IMG/VR virus record: IMGVR_UViG_3300009285_000028
Span: 1 to 40,418 of that record
DNA length: 40,418 bases
Strand: one strand, 5' to 3'
From: a virus
The position numbers and the translations under genes were made by a program. Below are positions 22,247 to 32,191 of this stretch, one piece after another. Numbering within the stretch: position 1 is the first letter of the stretch; every line of letters starts with the position of its first letter. The notes below the pieces were generated by a model. That model searched no databases and was not told the DNA's origin. It worked only from the letters and a program-made list of their open reading frames with translations.

Positions 22247-25200
22247 ATGCCCATCCTGTTCGAGGGTCCGGTCGAACCGGAGGCACCGGAGGAGCCGAAG
22301 GCCCCTCGTCCGACGGACGTGCCCGCCCCCCGCAGGCGAGGTGAGTTCGCCCCTGCTGTAGCGACCCATACCGCCTCAGCCGCCGAACTGCTGGCGAACG
22401 CCTCCGCCATCCAGGCTCAGCGTGTGGCGTCGGTGTTCGAGGGTGTGAACGATACGGCCCTGTATCAAGTGCCGGACACGCTTGTCTGGACCGGGGTGCA
22501 GGAGAACAGCACCGTGCTCACAGCATCGGTCAACGACGCGGCATCGTTCTTCGCTCGCATCTACGGTGGCGACAACCTCGCGGCCTTCATGACGGCGGAT
22601 GTCTTCGGCGACCCGGTGCAGACCGAGCGCACGATGGCGACGTTGGCCTACCTCCGGGGGTTCGCAACGACCGCCTACGCGCGGGATGGAACACCCATCT
22701 TCCAGGCAGGCGGCTCGGGGTCGCAGGAACGCGGCATGGAACTCCTGCGTCAGGTGCTCGCCAACAGCGGCTCCACCGCCGGACTCACCGAGGCGGAGCG
22801 GGCGCAGGTTGGCACGCTGGCGCAGACGCTCTACACGAACCTACAGACCCTCCCGGACACCGGCACCTCGCTCGCGTTCAAGACGGCGGTTGCGGTGGGA
22901 GCGACCCAGGATGTCACCCTCGCGCTGTCAGCCGATGAGGTGGCCACCCTGGAGCGTTACGTCCAGGCGGAACTCGGTCAACTCGGGGGGCTGCGGCAGA
23001 CCGGGGAGACTCCCACCCTCGCATCGGTGGGCATCGAGCAGGTGCGCCAACTGAACGATGGCGTCATCGTGCTCGACCGGGACTTCGCCAAGGCGAACCC
23101 CGCTGAGGCGTACGCGGTCGAGACATGGCTCCACCAGAACTACCCGGAGCTGGAGATTCAGTACGACCGTCAGGGCGTGGTCGGCTCGCTGCTCGACAAG
23201 TTCGGGATGGGAGTGGACTACCTCACCGCCCCCATCGCGGCCGGGGCCATGCAACTGAAGGAGTTCGGGGAACAACTCTCCAACAGCCCGGAGGACCGGG
23301 CCAGGATGCTCGCACGGGCAGACGAACTCGAGCAACAACTCATGCGTGGCGAGGTCCCCGAAGCGGACGTGGAACGCACGTTGAGCGACATCGCTTTGCT
23401 GCGTGACATAGGAACGGTAGAGGTGGGCTGGCAGCAGTACCAGGACGACGTGTTTCGGGGCACCAATGCGCGCATAGCCGGCTTCGGGTTCGCCGACACC
23501 ATCATGCGCTCGTCCGGCATGATGCCCGGAGACCCAGGGTACGGAGCCACCTACGCCGTCGTGGGCCTACTGTCCAACATCATCGCCGACCCCTTCAACA
23601 TCGGTCTCCTCGGTCTTACGGGCGCGCGTAGCGCACGGCTCATCGCGACGTTGGAGAAGGGTGTCGTCCCCGCCGACGTGGGCAGGGGCATCGTGCGCGC
23701 GACCGCCTATCGAGCACTCGCGAAAACCCCCGAGGAGATGCTCGTCACGCGCCCCATGATGCAAGCGGCCGACCGCCTCTACGAGATGCGCACGGCGCTC
23801 GGACCCGATGAGTTCGCCGGGATGCTCGCAGGCTTCTATCACGATGAGCGCGGCCTGGGCGGCGGAGCGGAGGCTGCGCACCTGCTGTCCCAGGCGACGA
23901 GTTCGGAGGACATGGCGATAGCGATGGTCTCCACCCAGTTCCCGATAGCGGGTGGGGGGTTGCCCATCGAGCCGCTCATGGAGCGCATGAACGAAGCGAC
24001 CAGACTGCTCGACCGGGAGGCCGAACTTCCGGGGCTCATCAATGCATCACAAGACCCGGCACTCGTCCCCGGCCTGCAAGCCGAACTCGATGTCCTTCGG
24101 TCGCAGCACACGGACCTCATCGCGCAACGCGGCCTGTACTCGTCCATCGTCGAAGGTACGGAGTGGGTACGCCCCGTCAGGCAGGTATTCAGCTCGCGCC
24201 AGATACGCAGGTTGGAGCGTCTGACCGGCGAGCGCCTCGATGCGCGGATGCGAGCGTTCGAGGCTGCGACCGCATCTGTCGAGGGCTTGCCTGCGGACGT
24301 GCTCCGTGCCGGGCCGGATGCCATCGCCGCGCACATCGCGGCCAATCCCAACGTGGAAGCGACCACCGCTATCTTGATGCGGCGTGCTCGCAGGGCGTTC
24401 ACCCCCTCGGGTGCCGGTGAGGTGCTGACGTTCCCCCACACCTCGGACCAAGCGGCGGCAGTAGCCAACCTGTTCAAGAAGGGGCGGCTCCTGGCCGACC
24501 ACAGGGAGGAATCGTTCGCCCGCATCCTCGGACTCGGCCGCCGGTTCGGACTGTCGGATTCCCGCGTCGAGGAACTGGTGCGTCCCTGGGTTGCAGGCGA
24601 ACTCACCGGCCCCTCCGCGAGCTATCGGTGGTGGACGAAGACCTGGGAGAGCTTCGTAGACGAGTCCCCGCTCCTTGGGGCGGCGGGCAAGGAGAAGCTC
24701 GCCAAGATGTGGGACACGCCGCTCGAGGGTCGCCCCACGGGGCTCATCGAGACGCGCGGCGCATCGGGGTTCGCCGAGTACGAGCCGGTCTGGTACAAGA
24801 GCGAGGTTGAGCCCGTCACCGGCCTGCTCGAGCGCAAGCCCCTGCCCGACGCCGAGGCGTTCATGTTCCAGACCTGGACCGCCCCGAGCGACGAGGCTAT
24901 CACCGCGTACATCTCGCACGCGCAGCGCACCGTGAACGAATGGCGGAAGACTGGCGGCTGGGGCAAGCGGTCAATCTCGCTCGCGCACCTGCGGCTGGCG
25001 CAACTGTGGAGCGGCTGGAACCACCTGTGGCGCACCGGGGCGCTCATCTTCCGTCCCATCGCGTGGCCCGCCCGCGTCATGGGCGAAGAGATGGTGCGGA
25101 TAGCGACCTTCGGCTACTCCTCGCTCGTGAACAACCCCATCGAATGGTTGCTGTCCACCAAGATGGGGACGCGGCTGTTCAAGAGCACCGACTTCGCGCT

Positions 25201-28200
25201 CATGGGCGAGTCACCAACGCACGCGCTCGGCGGGCTCATGGGCATCATGGAGAACAACCCGAACCTGCGCCTCGCGCAGCTCGGGACTCAGGAGGTCTCT
25301 ATCGCCAGCGGCCCCGCCTTCTGGCGTTCCTACGCGGACACGCTGTCCCGGCAGTACGCCTCGCCCTCGGTGCGTGTTCAGTTGCGATACATGGACCACC
25401 CCGCTTCCGCGCTTGCCGCCATCGAGGCGAGCGACGACGGGGCCTGGTGGCTCGCGCACGTCGCCGAGTCGGACTTCACCCCGCTGGAGGCCATCGCTCG
25501 CAAGCAGGAGCAGTTGCGCCAGCTCCTCGGCTCGGGCGAGGACGCGGACCTAGTTCGCACCGCACTCACTCGTGGTGCAGTCTCGGTAGACGGCGAGGTC
25601 ATCGAGGTCGGCTCTGATGGGTTCGCGGCGTTCCTGGAGAAGCTGGCGAACGAGGGGCGCTGGACGCCGGGCATCTCCACGCTCCCGCGCTCCGCCGGGG
25701 ACTACCTGCCCGTATCGCGCATGAGCGCGGCGACCGAAGTCACGGGGCGTGCGTTCTCGTTCTTCGCCACCGCGCCGGATAACGCGCTGGCCCGCAGCCC
25801 GCTCTGGCGGCAGATGGCCGCACGGGAGTTCCGCGACCTCGTACGGCGCGGCTACAGCAAGGAACGTGCGCTCGAGATGGCCCGCGCCTGGGCTGCCAGG
25901 GGCACCCGCGACACACTGTTCACCATCGGGGCGCGCACCCCCGGTGAGGTGTGGTTGCGCAACGTCAACCCGTTCTTCCCCGCCTACCGCGAGTTGGCCG
26001 ACACCTGGCTCATCCGCGCCGGTCAGCGGCTCGGCAACAGTTCGTGGGCGCTTGGCGTGGGCAAGATGGGGCGGCGTGTCGATGTCTGGATGGACTTCTT
26101 CTCCAACATGGGTCTCATCCGCCGGGATGAGCGGGGCAAGATGTATGTGCCCATCCCCGGCCTGGGCGGCATCATCTCCGCGTTCACCGGAGCCAACGTC
26201 GAGTTCGATTCGAGGGCTCCGGCCGACACGTTCGCGGGCGTGCTGCCGACCCCCATCGGGGTCATGGACAAGGACGAGGAAGGCAACCCGCTGCCCTGGT
26301 ACAAGCGCCTCCAGGGGCTTCTGCCGACGCTCGGCGGTCCCGCTACGTTCGTCCTCGGTGCCATGAACGACCTCTTCGGCGGGGAACTCGACGCCGCCGA
26401 GAACTGGCTGACGCTCTACGGCACGGACGCATCGCAGGGTCCCACGTCCATCGACCGCGCACTCGAGGCGTTCGGGTTCGTCGCTCCGTGGATGACCGCC
26501 ACGACCCGCGAGATGCACGAGGCAACGCGGACCTGGGCCGTGGTCGATGGTATGCGCATCGCCGCCAGCGAGACACCCGCCCCGAGCTACGTGGAGTTCG
26601 ATGCCGACGGCGATGGGGAACTCACCACCGACGAGATGCAAGCCTACGCGGAAGCCGACCGCCAGTGGAAGCTGGACCTGCTGAACCGTGGAGAGCGGTA
26701 CGCGCAGCGGTTCTACCTGCTCCGCTCCGTCATGAGCGCCGTCTTGCCGTTCTCCGTCGCCTCGTCCGATGAGGCCAAGCAGCAGATGAGCGCCGTCTGG
26801 ACGATGCTGAACGCCATCCCCGACAAGGCGGGGGGAGGCGAGTTCAAGTCCGCCCTGCTCGACGCCATCCTGGCCGAGTACCCCCAGTTGGGCGCGTACA
26901 TGACCGGCAAGACCCAGGACTTCCGACCGGGCATCGTGAAGCCCGAGGAGAACCTGGAGGAGTGGATGCAGGCGGTCAAGAACGGGGAGGTCAAGGTCCG
27001 CAACGCTACGGACTGGGCCGTGTTCGCCTCGGGCATGAACAGCTACTCCATCTTCCAGTCGCGCATCGACGCCATCTTCGAGGAGGCCGGCCCGGTCGCG
27101 GCCGATTGGCTGGTCAACTTTGCCGGCAAGGAAGAGGTCGCCCAGGAGAAGGCGAAGTGGCAGGTGTTCCTCGACGCCTCCGAGGTACGGGAGAACTGGC
27201 TGCTGCCCGACCAGACCAAGGGCTTCGCCACGATGCTCGATGACTACTTCGACCTCAAAGCCATCCACGAGGGGGAGGCCACCGACCTCACGCTGGAGCA
27301 GCAGCGGCTCCTTGACCTCACCGGGCTGATGCGGGAGTTCTCGCTGTCGCTCACGCCCAACGAGCCGAGCACGGATGACTACTACAAGCTCCGGGACCAG
27401 GCGTACGCGGCGCTCGGCCCCCCCAAGGGCGAGATAGGCAAGGGCGTGGACTGGTGGTTCTCCACGGTCAACACCCCCTACTACGACGAGCTGCACGCGC
27501 TGGCCGACACGCTCGATGCCACGGAGCCGAGGAACCAGGGTCCCATCTACGCCCAGATGAACGCGGTGCGCAACGCCTACTACCACGGCTGGACCGACCC
27601 CAAGCATCCCGAGTGGGGCGAGTTCGTCTCACCGGAGGAGTATGGCTTCATCGCGCTCACGCCCGAGGAGCGGACGCATCAGGTCGCGGCGTGGGCCAAC
27701 CTGCCGGCCGGGTTCCTCTCGCAGTTCCAGCGGGAGCAGGTCGGCTACGACATCCCCGAGGACAAGCAGGACAAGGCATCGGACTTCGTGGCGATGGTGG
27801 ACCGCGCCAACCGCAAGTTCGAGAAGTACGTGGTGCAGCACGACCTGTCCTACGCCTCGACGGCCATCAAGGATGCGCGTGCGAAGCTCGACGCGGCGTT
27901 CGCCGAAATCGCAGACGAGCGCGGGCTGAGCGCCTTCTGGAAGCAGGCCAACATGGCCGAATACCAGCGGGTGGACCTGGCGCTGAACCTCTCGGAGACA
28001 TCGGCCTCGTGGAAGCACGTTACGCGCCTCGCCACCTCCCTGCGGAACTACATCGAGTCGCAGGATTACGTCCCCGGCGGCTCATCTGCGCTCGCCGAGC
28101 AGGGGCGGACGTGGTTCGTCAACATGGTCACGAAGGTGCGCGGGAACGACGCGGGGTTCGATGACCTGATGAGCGACCTTCAGGTGGCACTGGGAGACAA

Positions 28201-28291
28201 GGGCTCGCCCCTTGCCGACCAAGAGATAGTTGAGACGCTGTTCTTCGACGTATGGAGCACATCAAACTCGTTCTACCTGGACAGGAGGTAA
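22247..28291 (+). CDS. Giant virion-module protein, 2014 aa (internal/ejection protein candidate) with an EF-hand-like loop
   Basis: Uninterrupted 6045-nt ORF with high GC3 throughout. DADGDGELTTDE is encoded at 26600-26635. Confidence 0.85.
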   Translation: MPILFEGPVEPEAPEEPKAPRPTDVPAPRRRGEFAPAVATHTASAAELLANASAIQAQRVASVFEGVNDTALYQVPDTLVWTGVQENSTVLTASVNDAASFFARIYGGDNLAAFMTADVFGDPVQTERTMATLAYLRGFATTAYARDGTPIFQAGGSGSQERGMELLRQVLANSGSTAGLTEAERAQVGTLAQTLYTNLQTLPDTGTSLAFKTAVAVGATQDVTLALSADEVATLERYVQAELGQLGGLRQTGETPTLASVGIEQVRQLNDGVIVLDRDFAKANPAEAYAVETWLHQNYPELEIQYDRQGVVGSLLDKFGMGVDYLTAPIAAGAMQLKEFGEQLSNSPEDRARMLARADELEQQLMRGEVPEADVERTLSDIALLRDIGTVEVGWQQYQDDVFRGTNARIAGFGFADTIMRSSGMMPGDPGYGATYAVVGLLSNIIADPFNIGLLGLTGARSARLIATLEKGVVPADVGRGIVRATAYRALAKTPEEMLVTRPMMQAADRLYEMRTALGPDEFAGMLAGFYHDERGLGGGAEAAHLLSQATSSEDMAIAMVSTQFPIAGGGLPIEPLMERMNEATRLLDREAELPGLINASQDPALVPGLQAELDVLRSQHTDLIAQRGLYSSIVEGTEWVRPVRQVFSSRQIRRLERLTGERLDARMRAFEAATASVEGLPADVLRAGPDAIAAHIAANPNVEATTAILMRRARRAFTPSGAGEVLTFPHTSDQAAAVANLFKKGRLLADHREESFARILGLGRRFGLSDSRVEELVRPWVAGELTGPSASYRWWTKTWESFVDESPLLGAAGKEKLAKMWDTPLEGRPTGLIETRGASGFAEYEPVWYKSEVEPVTGLLERKPLPDAEAFMFQTWTAPSDEAITAYISHAQRTVNEWRKTGGWGKRSISLAHLRLAQLWSGWNHLWRTGALIFRPIAWPARVMGEEMVRIATFGYSSLVNNPIEWLLSTKMGTRLFKSTDFALMGESPTHALGGLMGIMENNPNLRLAQLGTQEVSIASGPAFWRSYADTLSRQYASPSVRVQLRYMDHPASALAAIEASDDGAWWLAHVAESDFTPLEAIARKQEQLRQLLGSGEDADLVRTALTRGAVSVDGEVIEVGSDGFAAFLEKLANEGRWTPGISTLPRSAGDYLPVSRMSAATEVTGRAFSFFATAPDNALARSPLWRQMAAREFRDLVRRGYSKERALEMARAWAARGTRDTLFTIGARTPGEVWLRNVNPFFPAYRELADTWLIRAGQRLGNSSWALGVGKMGRRVDVWMDFFSNMGLIRRDERGKMYVPIPGLGGIISAFTGANVEFDSRAPADTFAGVLPTPIGVMDKDEEGNPLPWYKRLQGLLPTLGGPATFVLGAMNDLFGGELDAAENWLTLYGTDASQGPTSIDRALEAFGFVAPWMTATTREMHEATRTWAVVDGMRIAASETPAPSYVEFDADGDGELTTDEMQAYAEADRQWKLDLLNRGERYAQRFYLLRSVMSAVLPFSVASSDEAKQQMSAVWTMLNAIPDKAGGGEFKSALLDAILAEYPQLGAYMTGKTQDFRPGIVKPEENLEEWMQAVKNGEVKVRNATDWAVFASGMNSYSIFQSRIDAIFEEAGPVAADWLVNFAGKEEVAQEKAKWQVFLDASEVRENWLLPDQTKGFATMLDDYFDLKAIHEGEATDLTLEQQRLLDLTGLMREFSLSLTPNEPSTDDYYKLRDQAYAALGPPKGEIGKGVDWWFSTVNTPYYDELHALADTLDATEPRNQGPIYAQMNAVRNAYYHGWTDPKHPEWGEFVSPEEYGFIALTPEERTHQVAAWANLPAGFLSQFQREQVGYDIPEDKQDKASDFVAMVDRANRKFEKYVVQHDLSYASTAIKDARAKLDAAFAEIADERGLSAFWKQANMAEYQRVDLALNLSETSASWKHVTRLATSLRNYIESQDYVPGGSSALAEQGRTWFVNMVTKVRGNDAGFDDLMSDLQVALGDKGSPLADQEIVETLFFDVWSTSNSFYLDRR

Positions 28292-28294
28292 GAC

Positions 28295-29311
28295 ATGGCC
28301 ACGAACACCACCGGCCCCGATGAGCCGTCGCGCGCCGGAGAGGATGCCCCCGGTGGGCGCGCTGCCCCGCCCGGCTTCCACTACAACGCGGCGGGCAAGC
28401 TCGTGCCCAACAAGGGCCGTCGTCTGAACGTCGGCAAGGAGGGCTACGAAGGGCCGGGGAGGACGGACGAGAATCAGCTTGGCAAGGACGTTGCGGGCCA
28501 GGACATCCCCCAGGCGTTCATCAACAAGCTCGAGGAGGCGGGTCTCTACATCGACCCGGAGACGAACTCGCTCACGGTCCTTGACCCAAGCATCATGGGG
28601 GACCTCCAAGCCTTCGTCGAGAGCGTTTCGGGGAAGAAGCTCACGGAAGAGGAGCGCAAGAAGCTGACGCCCAAGCAGAAGGCCATCCTGGAGAAGCTTG
28701 AGGCCAAGGTCATGAAGACCTACCAGAAGAACGCGGGGGGAGGGGGCCTAACCAAGGAGAACCTGGCCCTCATGCAGGTCGCCTACAACCGCTTCGGCCT
28801 AACGAACAACGCCTACAACACGGCCCTCGTCGCCAAGACGAAGGACGGCGGGAGCGTGAACCTGACGACGGGGCAGACCGATTCGGGTTCATACCTCTCA
28901 GATGAGGAACTGGCGCTGCTACAGATGCGCAGTGGGTACGACGCGGACGTGGCCTTCCAGCAGTTCGTCGAGGCGAACACATGGAACCTGCCCGGTGGGG
29001 GCACGTACTCCTCCTACATCGCGCAAGACCAGGAGCGGTGGGCGGAATGGGTGACGAAGAACCGGGAGATTAGGATGGCCGTGCCCGAGTACACAGGGCG
29101 TACCTCGGAGACGACCGCTACCCCGGAGGCGGGCCCGAGCTTCGCCGGCGGGTTCGACTTCGACACGGTGGGCACGCCGGAACTCCAGACCGCATCCACC
29201 TCGCTCCAGCAGATGCTCGCCGCACGCCAAGCCCGCGAGACCGCCACCCGGACAGACACCGGCAACTCCTTCTTCGAGGATGAGTTGCTGTTCCCGCAGG
29301 ACGAGGGGTAA
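28295..29311 (+). CDS. Head-module protein, 338 aa
   Basis: ATG 3 nt after the giant ORF stop; non-repetitive. Confidence 0.7.
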   Translation: MATNTTGPDEPSRAGEDAPGGRAAPPGFHYNAAGKLVPNKGRRLNVGKEGYEGPGRTDENQLGKDVAGQDIPQAFINKLEEAGLYIDPETNSLTVLDPSIMGDLQAFVESVSGKKLTEEERKKLTPKQKAILEKLEAKVMKTYQKNAGGGGLTKENLALMQVAYNRFGLTNNAYNTALVAKTKDGGSVNLTTGQTDSGSYLSDEELALLQMRSGYDADVAFQQFVEANTWNLPGGGTYSSYIAQDQERWAEWVTKNREIRMAVPEYTGRTSETTATPEAGPSFAGGFDFDTVGTPELQTASTSLQQMLAARQARETATRTDTGNSFFEDELLFPQDEG

Positions 29312-29314
29312 GCC

Positions 29315-30334
29315 ATGCCTATCGACTGGGGGTCGGTCTTCGGTGGAGGGGGAGGCGACACGGGGTCAACCACGTCCACCGGGACCTCGACCAGCACCGC
29401 CCCATCAGGGCCGTCCGAGGCCGAGCAGCGTGCGCTGGAGGCGATGTTCTATGGGTTCCGGGAGACCCTGCGGCGATGGGGGCTCCGCGCCTCGAAGAAC
29501 CTCCTGAACCTCATCGAGCGTGCCGTCAGGGGGCGCTGGTCCACGAGCCAGTTCCTCGACCACTTGCGGCAGACACCCGAGTACCGCGAGAGGTTCGTGG
29601 GGCTTCAGTGGAAGACCGGCATGACCGAGGGCCAGTACCTCGCGGAGTACGCGCAGTTCAAGGCGCGTGCCCAGGACGTCGGGATGCAGCTCAGCCGGCA
29701 GGACTTCGCCAAGGTGCTGAAGCGCGGCGTGAGCTTCGAGGAGTTCAGCGCCCGCGTCGATGCGCTGGGGGCCATCGAGCAGTACGGCCCCATGTGGAAG
29801 CAGTTCGAGTTCGAGCTGCAACAGGTCGGCGAGTTGGGCGAGAACGAGCGGCTGACCAAGAAGGGCATCGCCGACCTCATCATGGGGGTCGGTTCGAAGA
29901 AGTGGGAGACCATCTGGCAGCGCGCCTACATCACGACCGCGCTCGAGAAGGTGGCCGGCATCGATGTCGTCGAGAAGGCCAAGGGCGAAGCCGCGTCACC
30001 GGACGGCTACGAACTGAGCCGCAACAACCTGCTCTCCATCATCAAGTCGGTTGAGGCGCTGTCGCCTGGCTTCGACATCGAGTCGCTGAAGGGGATGGAC
30101 TTCGCCGAGATTGGCAAGAACATCCGGTCCTTCGACCTGCGCTACCTCCGTCGCTACGGGCTCGAGGTCAAGGACATCCTGTCCATGCAGCTCGGCGGGC
30201 CGAACGCGGCCAAGCTTGCAGCCAGGGCCGAGCGGGTCAAGGCCACGCAGGAGGCGTTCTTCGAGCCCCGTGCGCAGGAGGACTTCCTCGCCGCTGCCGC
30301 TCAGCAAGCGGAGGAGTTGCCCCAGAGCCGCTAA
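29315..30334 (+). CDS. Head-module protein, 339 aa, with a Gly/Ser/Thr-rich N-terminus
   Basis: ATG 3 nt after the upstream stop. Confidence 0.7.
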   Translation: MPIDWGSVFGGGGGDTGSTTSTGTSTSTAPSGPSEAEQRALEAMFYGFRETLRRWGLRASKNLLNLIERAVRGRWSTSQFLDHLRQTPEYRERFVGLQWKTGMTEGQYLAEYAQFKARAQDVGMQLSRQDFAKVLKRGVSFEEFSARVDALGAIEQYGPMWKQFEFELQQVGELGENERLTKKGIADLIMGVGSKKWETIWQRAYITTALEKVAGIDVVEKAKGEAASPDGYELSRNNLLSIIKSVEALSPGFDIESLKGMDFAEIGKNIRSFDLRYLRRYGLEVKDILSMQLGGPNAAKLAARAERVKATQEAFFEPRAQEDFLAAAAQQAEELPQSR

Positions 30335-30340
30335 CGCACT

Positions 30341-30355
30341 GCGCCCTTGACAGGG
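30341..30355 (+). promoter_or_regulatory. Recurrent motif variant E: GCGCCCTTGACAGGG
   Basis: 14 of 15 identical to copy C (A to T change creates TTGACA). Lies in the 142-nt gap upstream of scaffold and capsid. Confidence 0.5.
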
Positions 30356-30476
30356 ATTCCATGCTGTAGACGCGCAAGGAACCCTTGCCTGGGCCTCCGT
30401 GGCCGCAGTGCCCTCCTTGCAGAACCGGCGTGTATCCACACGCCCCGGCCCTGCGGCAATCAGGAGGTCAACTTCC

Positions 30477-31001
30477 ATGTCAGACGACATGAGCACTTCC
30501 TTCCTCGATGACGACGAGGACGAGGAATCCACTACCGAGAACAAGAGTGCTTCAGCGTTCGCCCAGATGCGCAAGGAACTGAAGGCTTCAAAGAAGGAGC
30601 TTGAGGAACTGCGCGTGTTCAAGGTGGAGCAGGAGAAGGTCCAGCGAGTCACCTCCGTCGCGGAGGCGTTCAAGGGCGTTGGCCTGAATCCGAAGCACGC
30701 GAAGTTCTATCCCGCCGATTCCGAACCGACGCCCGAGGCCATCAAGGAGTGGGCGCTCGCGGAGGACTTCATCAAGGCGGAGGAGGGCGAGGCCGAAGCG
30801 CCGCCGCCCCCAGAAGAGGCTGGGTTCACGCCAACCGTCGTGTCGGGGGGAGCCACCCCCGGAGCCAAGGTCTACACCGCCGAGGAGTTCGACCAGCTCA
30901 TGCTGACCGACCCCACCAAGGCGATGCAGGTCTACAAGGCCGGCCGGGTGCAGAAGGAGCAGGCCCCCGGAGGTTCCGTCTTCGCGGGGCGTGACCGCTA
31001 A
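30477..31001 (+). CDS. Scaffolding protein, 174 aa
   Basis: SD CAGGAGG. Acidic N-terminus DDDEDEE and a charged helical KE-rich body. Immediately upstream of the capsid gene. Confidence 0.7.
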   Translation: MSDDMSTSFLDDDEDEESTTENKSASAFAQMRKELKASKKELEELRVFKVEQEKVQRVTSVAEAFKGVGLNPKHAKFYPADSEPTPEAIKEWALAEDFIKAEEGEAEAPPPPEEAGFTPTVVSGGATPGAKVYTAEEFDQLMLTDPTKAMQVYKAGRVQKEQAPGGSVFAGRDR

Positions 31002-31018
31002 GACGAAAGGCACGACCT

Positions 31019-31861
31019 ATGGCTGCAACAGGCAAAGCTGCCCTCGATGACTCCGTATTCGCGGAACTCGTCGAGTCACGCATGGTGCGGGAGTTGCGTC
31101 CCGCCCTGACGAGCCGCCAGTTCGTTCGCTTCGGCGCGAAGGGGCCGTCAACCGTCAGGTCGTTCCCGCTGTGGGGCGACCCCGGCTCGGCTGCTGCTCC
31201 GACGGATGACCTGTCCGAAATCTCCAGCACGGCGCTGTCCGACACGCAGGTGTCGGCGACCGCCGCCGAGGTTGGTCTTCGGGTGGATGTCACGGACCTC
31301 ATCCGTGAGACGCACCCCTCCAACCTCTATGCAGAGGTGGGTGGCATCGTCGCTCGTTCGGTCGCGGAGAAGTGGGAAACGGACCTCGCGGCCCTGATGG
31401 ACGACTTCGACGGCATCACGACCGCCGCATCGACGCTGACCCCAAGCGACCACCTGGCCGCCGTGTCGGCGCTCGAGGTGCGGGACATCCCTGCTCCGTA
31501 CGTCGCCTACTACGACCCGAAGCAGACCGGCGAACTCCGTCAGGAAATCGCATCCACCACTGCCGTCTGGCAGGCCGGGAAGAACGACGACCTCGTTCGC
31601 CCGTTCGGTGACTCCGGTTTCTTCGGTACGTACATGGGCGTTCCCATCTGGCAGACCTCGCTCGTCGTCACGACCTCCGGTCTGGTCGGCGGCGCGGTCT
31701 TCAACTCCGAGGACACCATCGGTGGCTACATCGTGTGGGACTCCCGGCTGGAGACCCAGCGGGACGCCTCATACCGCTCGCTGGAGTTCGTCGGAACGAT
31801 GGCGTACGGCCTGTGCGAAATCAGCGACACCCGTGGCCAGACCGTCAAGTCGGCCGCGTAA
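31019..31861 (+). CDS. Major capsid protein, 280 aa
   Basis: Position after the scaffold; size and composition typical of HK97-fold coat proteins. No search was possible. Confidence 0.7.
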   Translation: MAATGKAALDDSVFAELVESRMVRELRPALTSRQFVRFGAKGPSTVRSFPLWGDPGSAAAPTDDLSEISSTALSDTQVSATAAEVGLRVDVTDLIRETHPSNLYAEVGGIVARSVAEKWETDLAALMDDFDGITTAASTLTPSDHLAAVSALEVRDIPAPYVAYYDPKQTGELRQEIASTTAVWQAGKNDDLVRPFGDSGFFGTYMGVPIWQTSLVVTTSGLVGGAVFNSEDTIGGYIVWDSRLETQRDASYRSLEFVGTMAYGLCEISDTRGQTVKSAA

Positions 31862-31885
31862 GGAGGGAAGTGGGGGGGCCTAGGG

Positions 31886-32179
31886 ATGTTGTGCCAGGAG
31901 CCGGGGTGTTCGAACCTCGGTGAGTCTAAGGGCAGTGGCATTCGCCACACTAGGTGTCATCGGCATCGGGGGCGCAATGTGACACGTGCCCTCCGCCGAA
32001 AGCCGTACCTAATGTTTCGTGGTTCCGTGTGCGAGCGGTGCGACTTTCAGGCTGAGGACCCGTGCCAGTTGGACGTGGACCACAAAGATGGGAACCACGC
32101 CAACAACAATCCCGACAACCTGGCAACCCTGTGTGCGAATTGCCATCGTCTCAAGACACGCCTGGAACGCATCGCCTGA
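31886..32179 (+). CDS. HNH endonuclease, 97 aa (free-standing, homing-type candidate)
   Basis: DVDHKDGNHANNNPDNLATLCANCH. Slightly lower G+C by hand count (~59%). Confidence 0.85.
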   Translation: MLCQEPGCSNLGESKGSGIRHTRCHRHRGRNVTRALRRKPYLMFRGSVCERCDFQAEDPCQLDVDHKDGNHANNNPDNLATLCANCHRLKTRLERIA

Positions 32180-32191
32180 GCCCCCCCGACT

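Noticed and set aside
26600-26635. DADGD as proof of a double-psi-beta-barrel RNA polymerase active site
   Set aside because: The flanking residues (YVEF before, G-E-L-T-T-D-E after) fit a 12-residue EF-hand loop perfectly. I could not identify a second barrel or other RNAP motifs by eye. It is kept only as an alternative to test.
22247-28291. Giant ORF as a tape-measure protein (siphovirus interpretation)
   Set aside because: It lies between the portal and scaffold/capsid genes rather than after a major tail protein and frameshifted chaperone pair. No such pair exists elsewhere in the genome.
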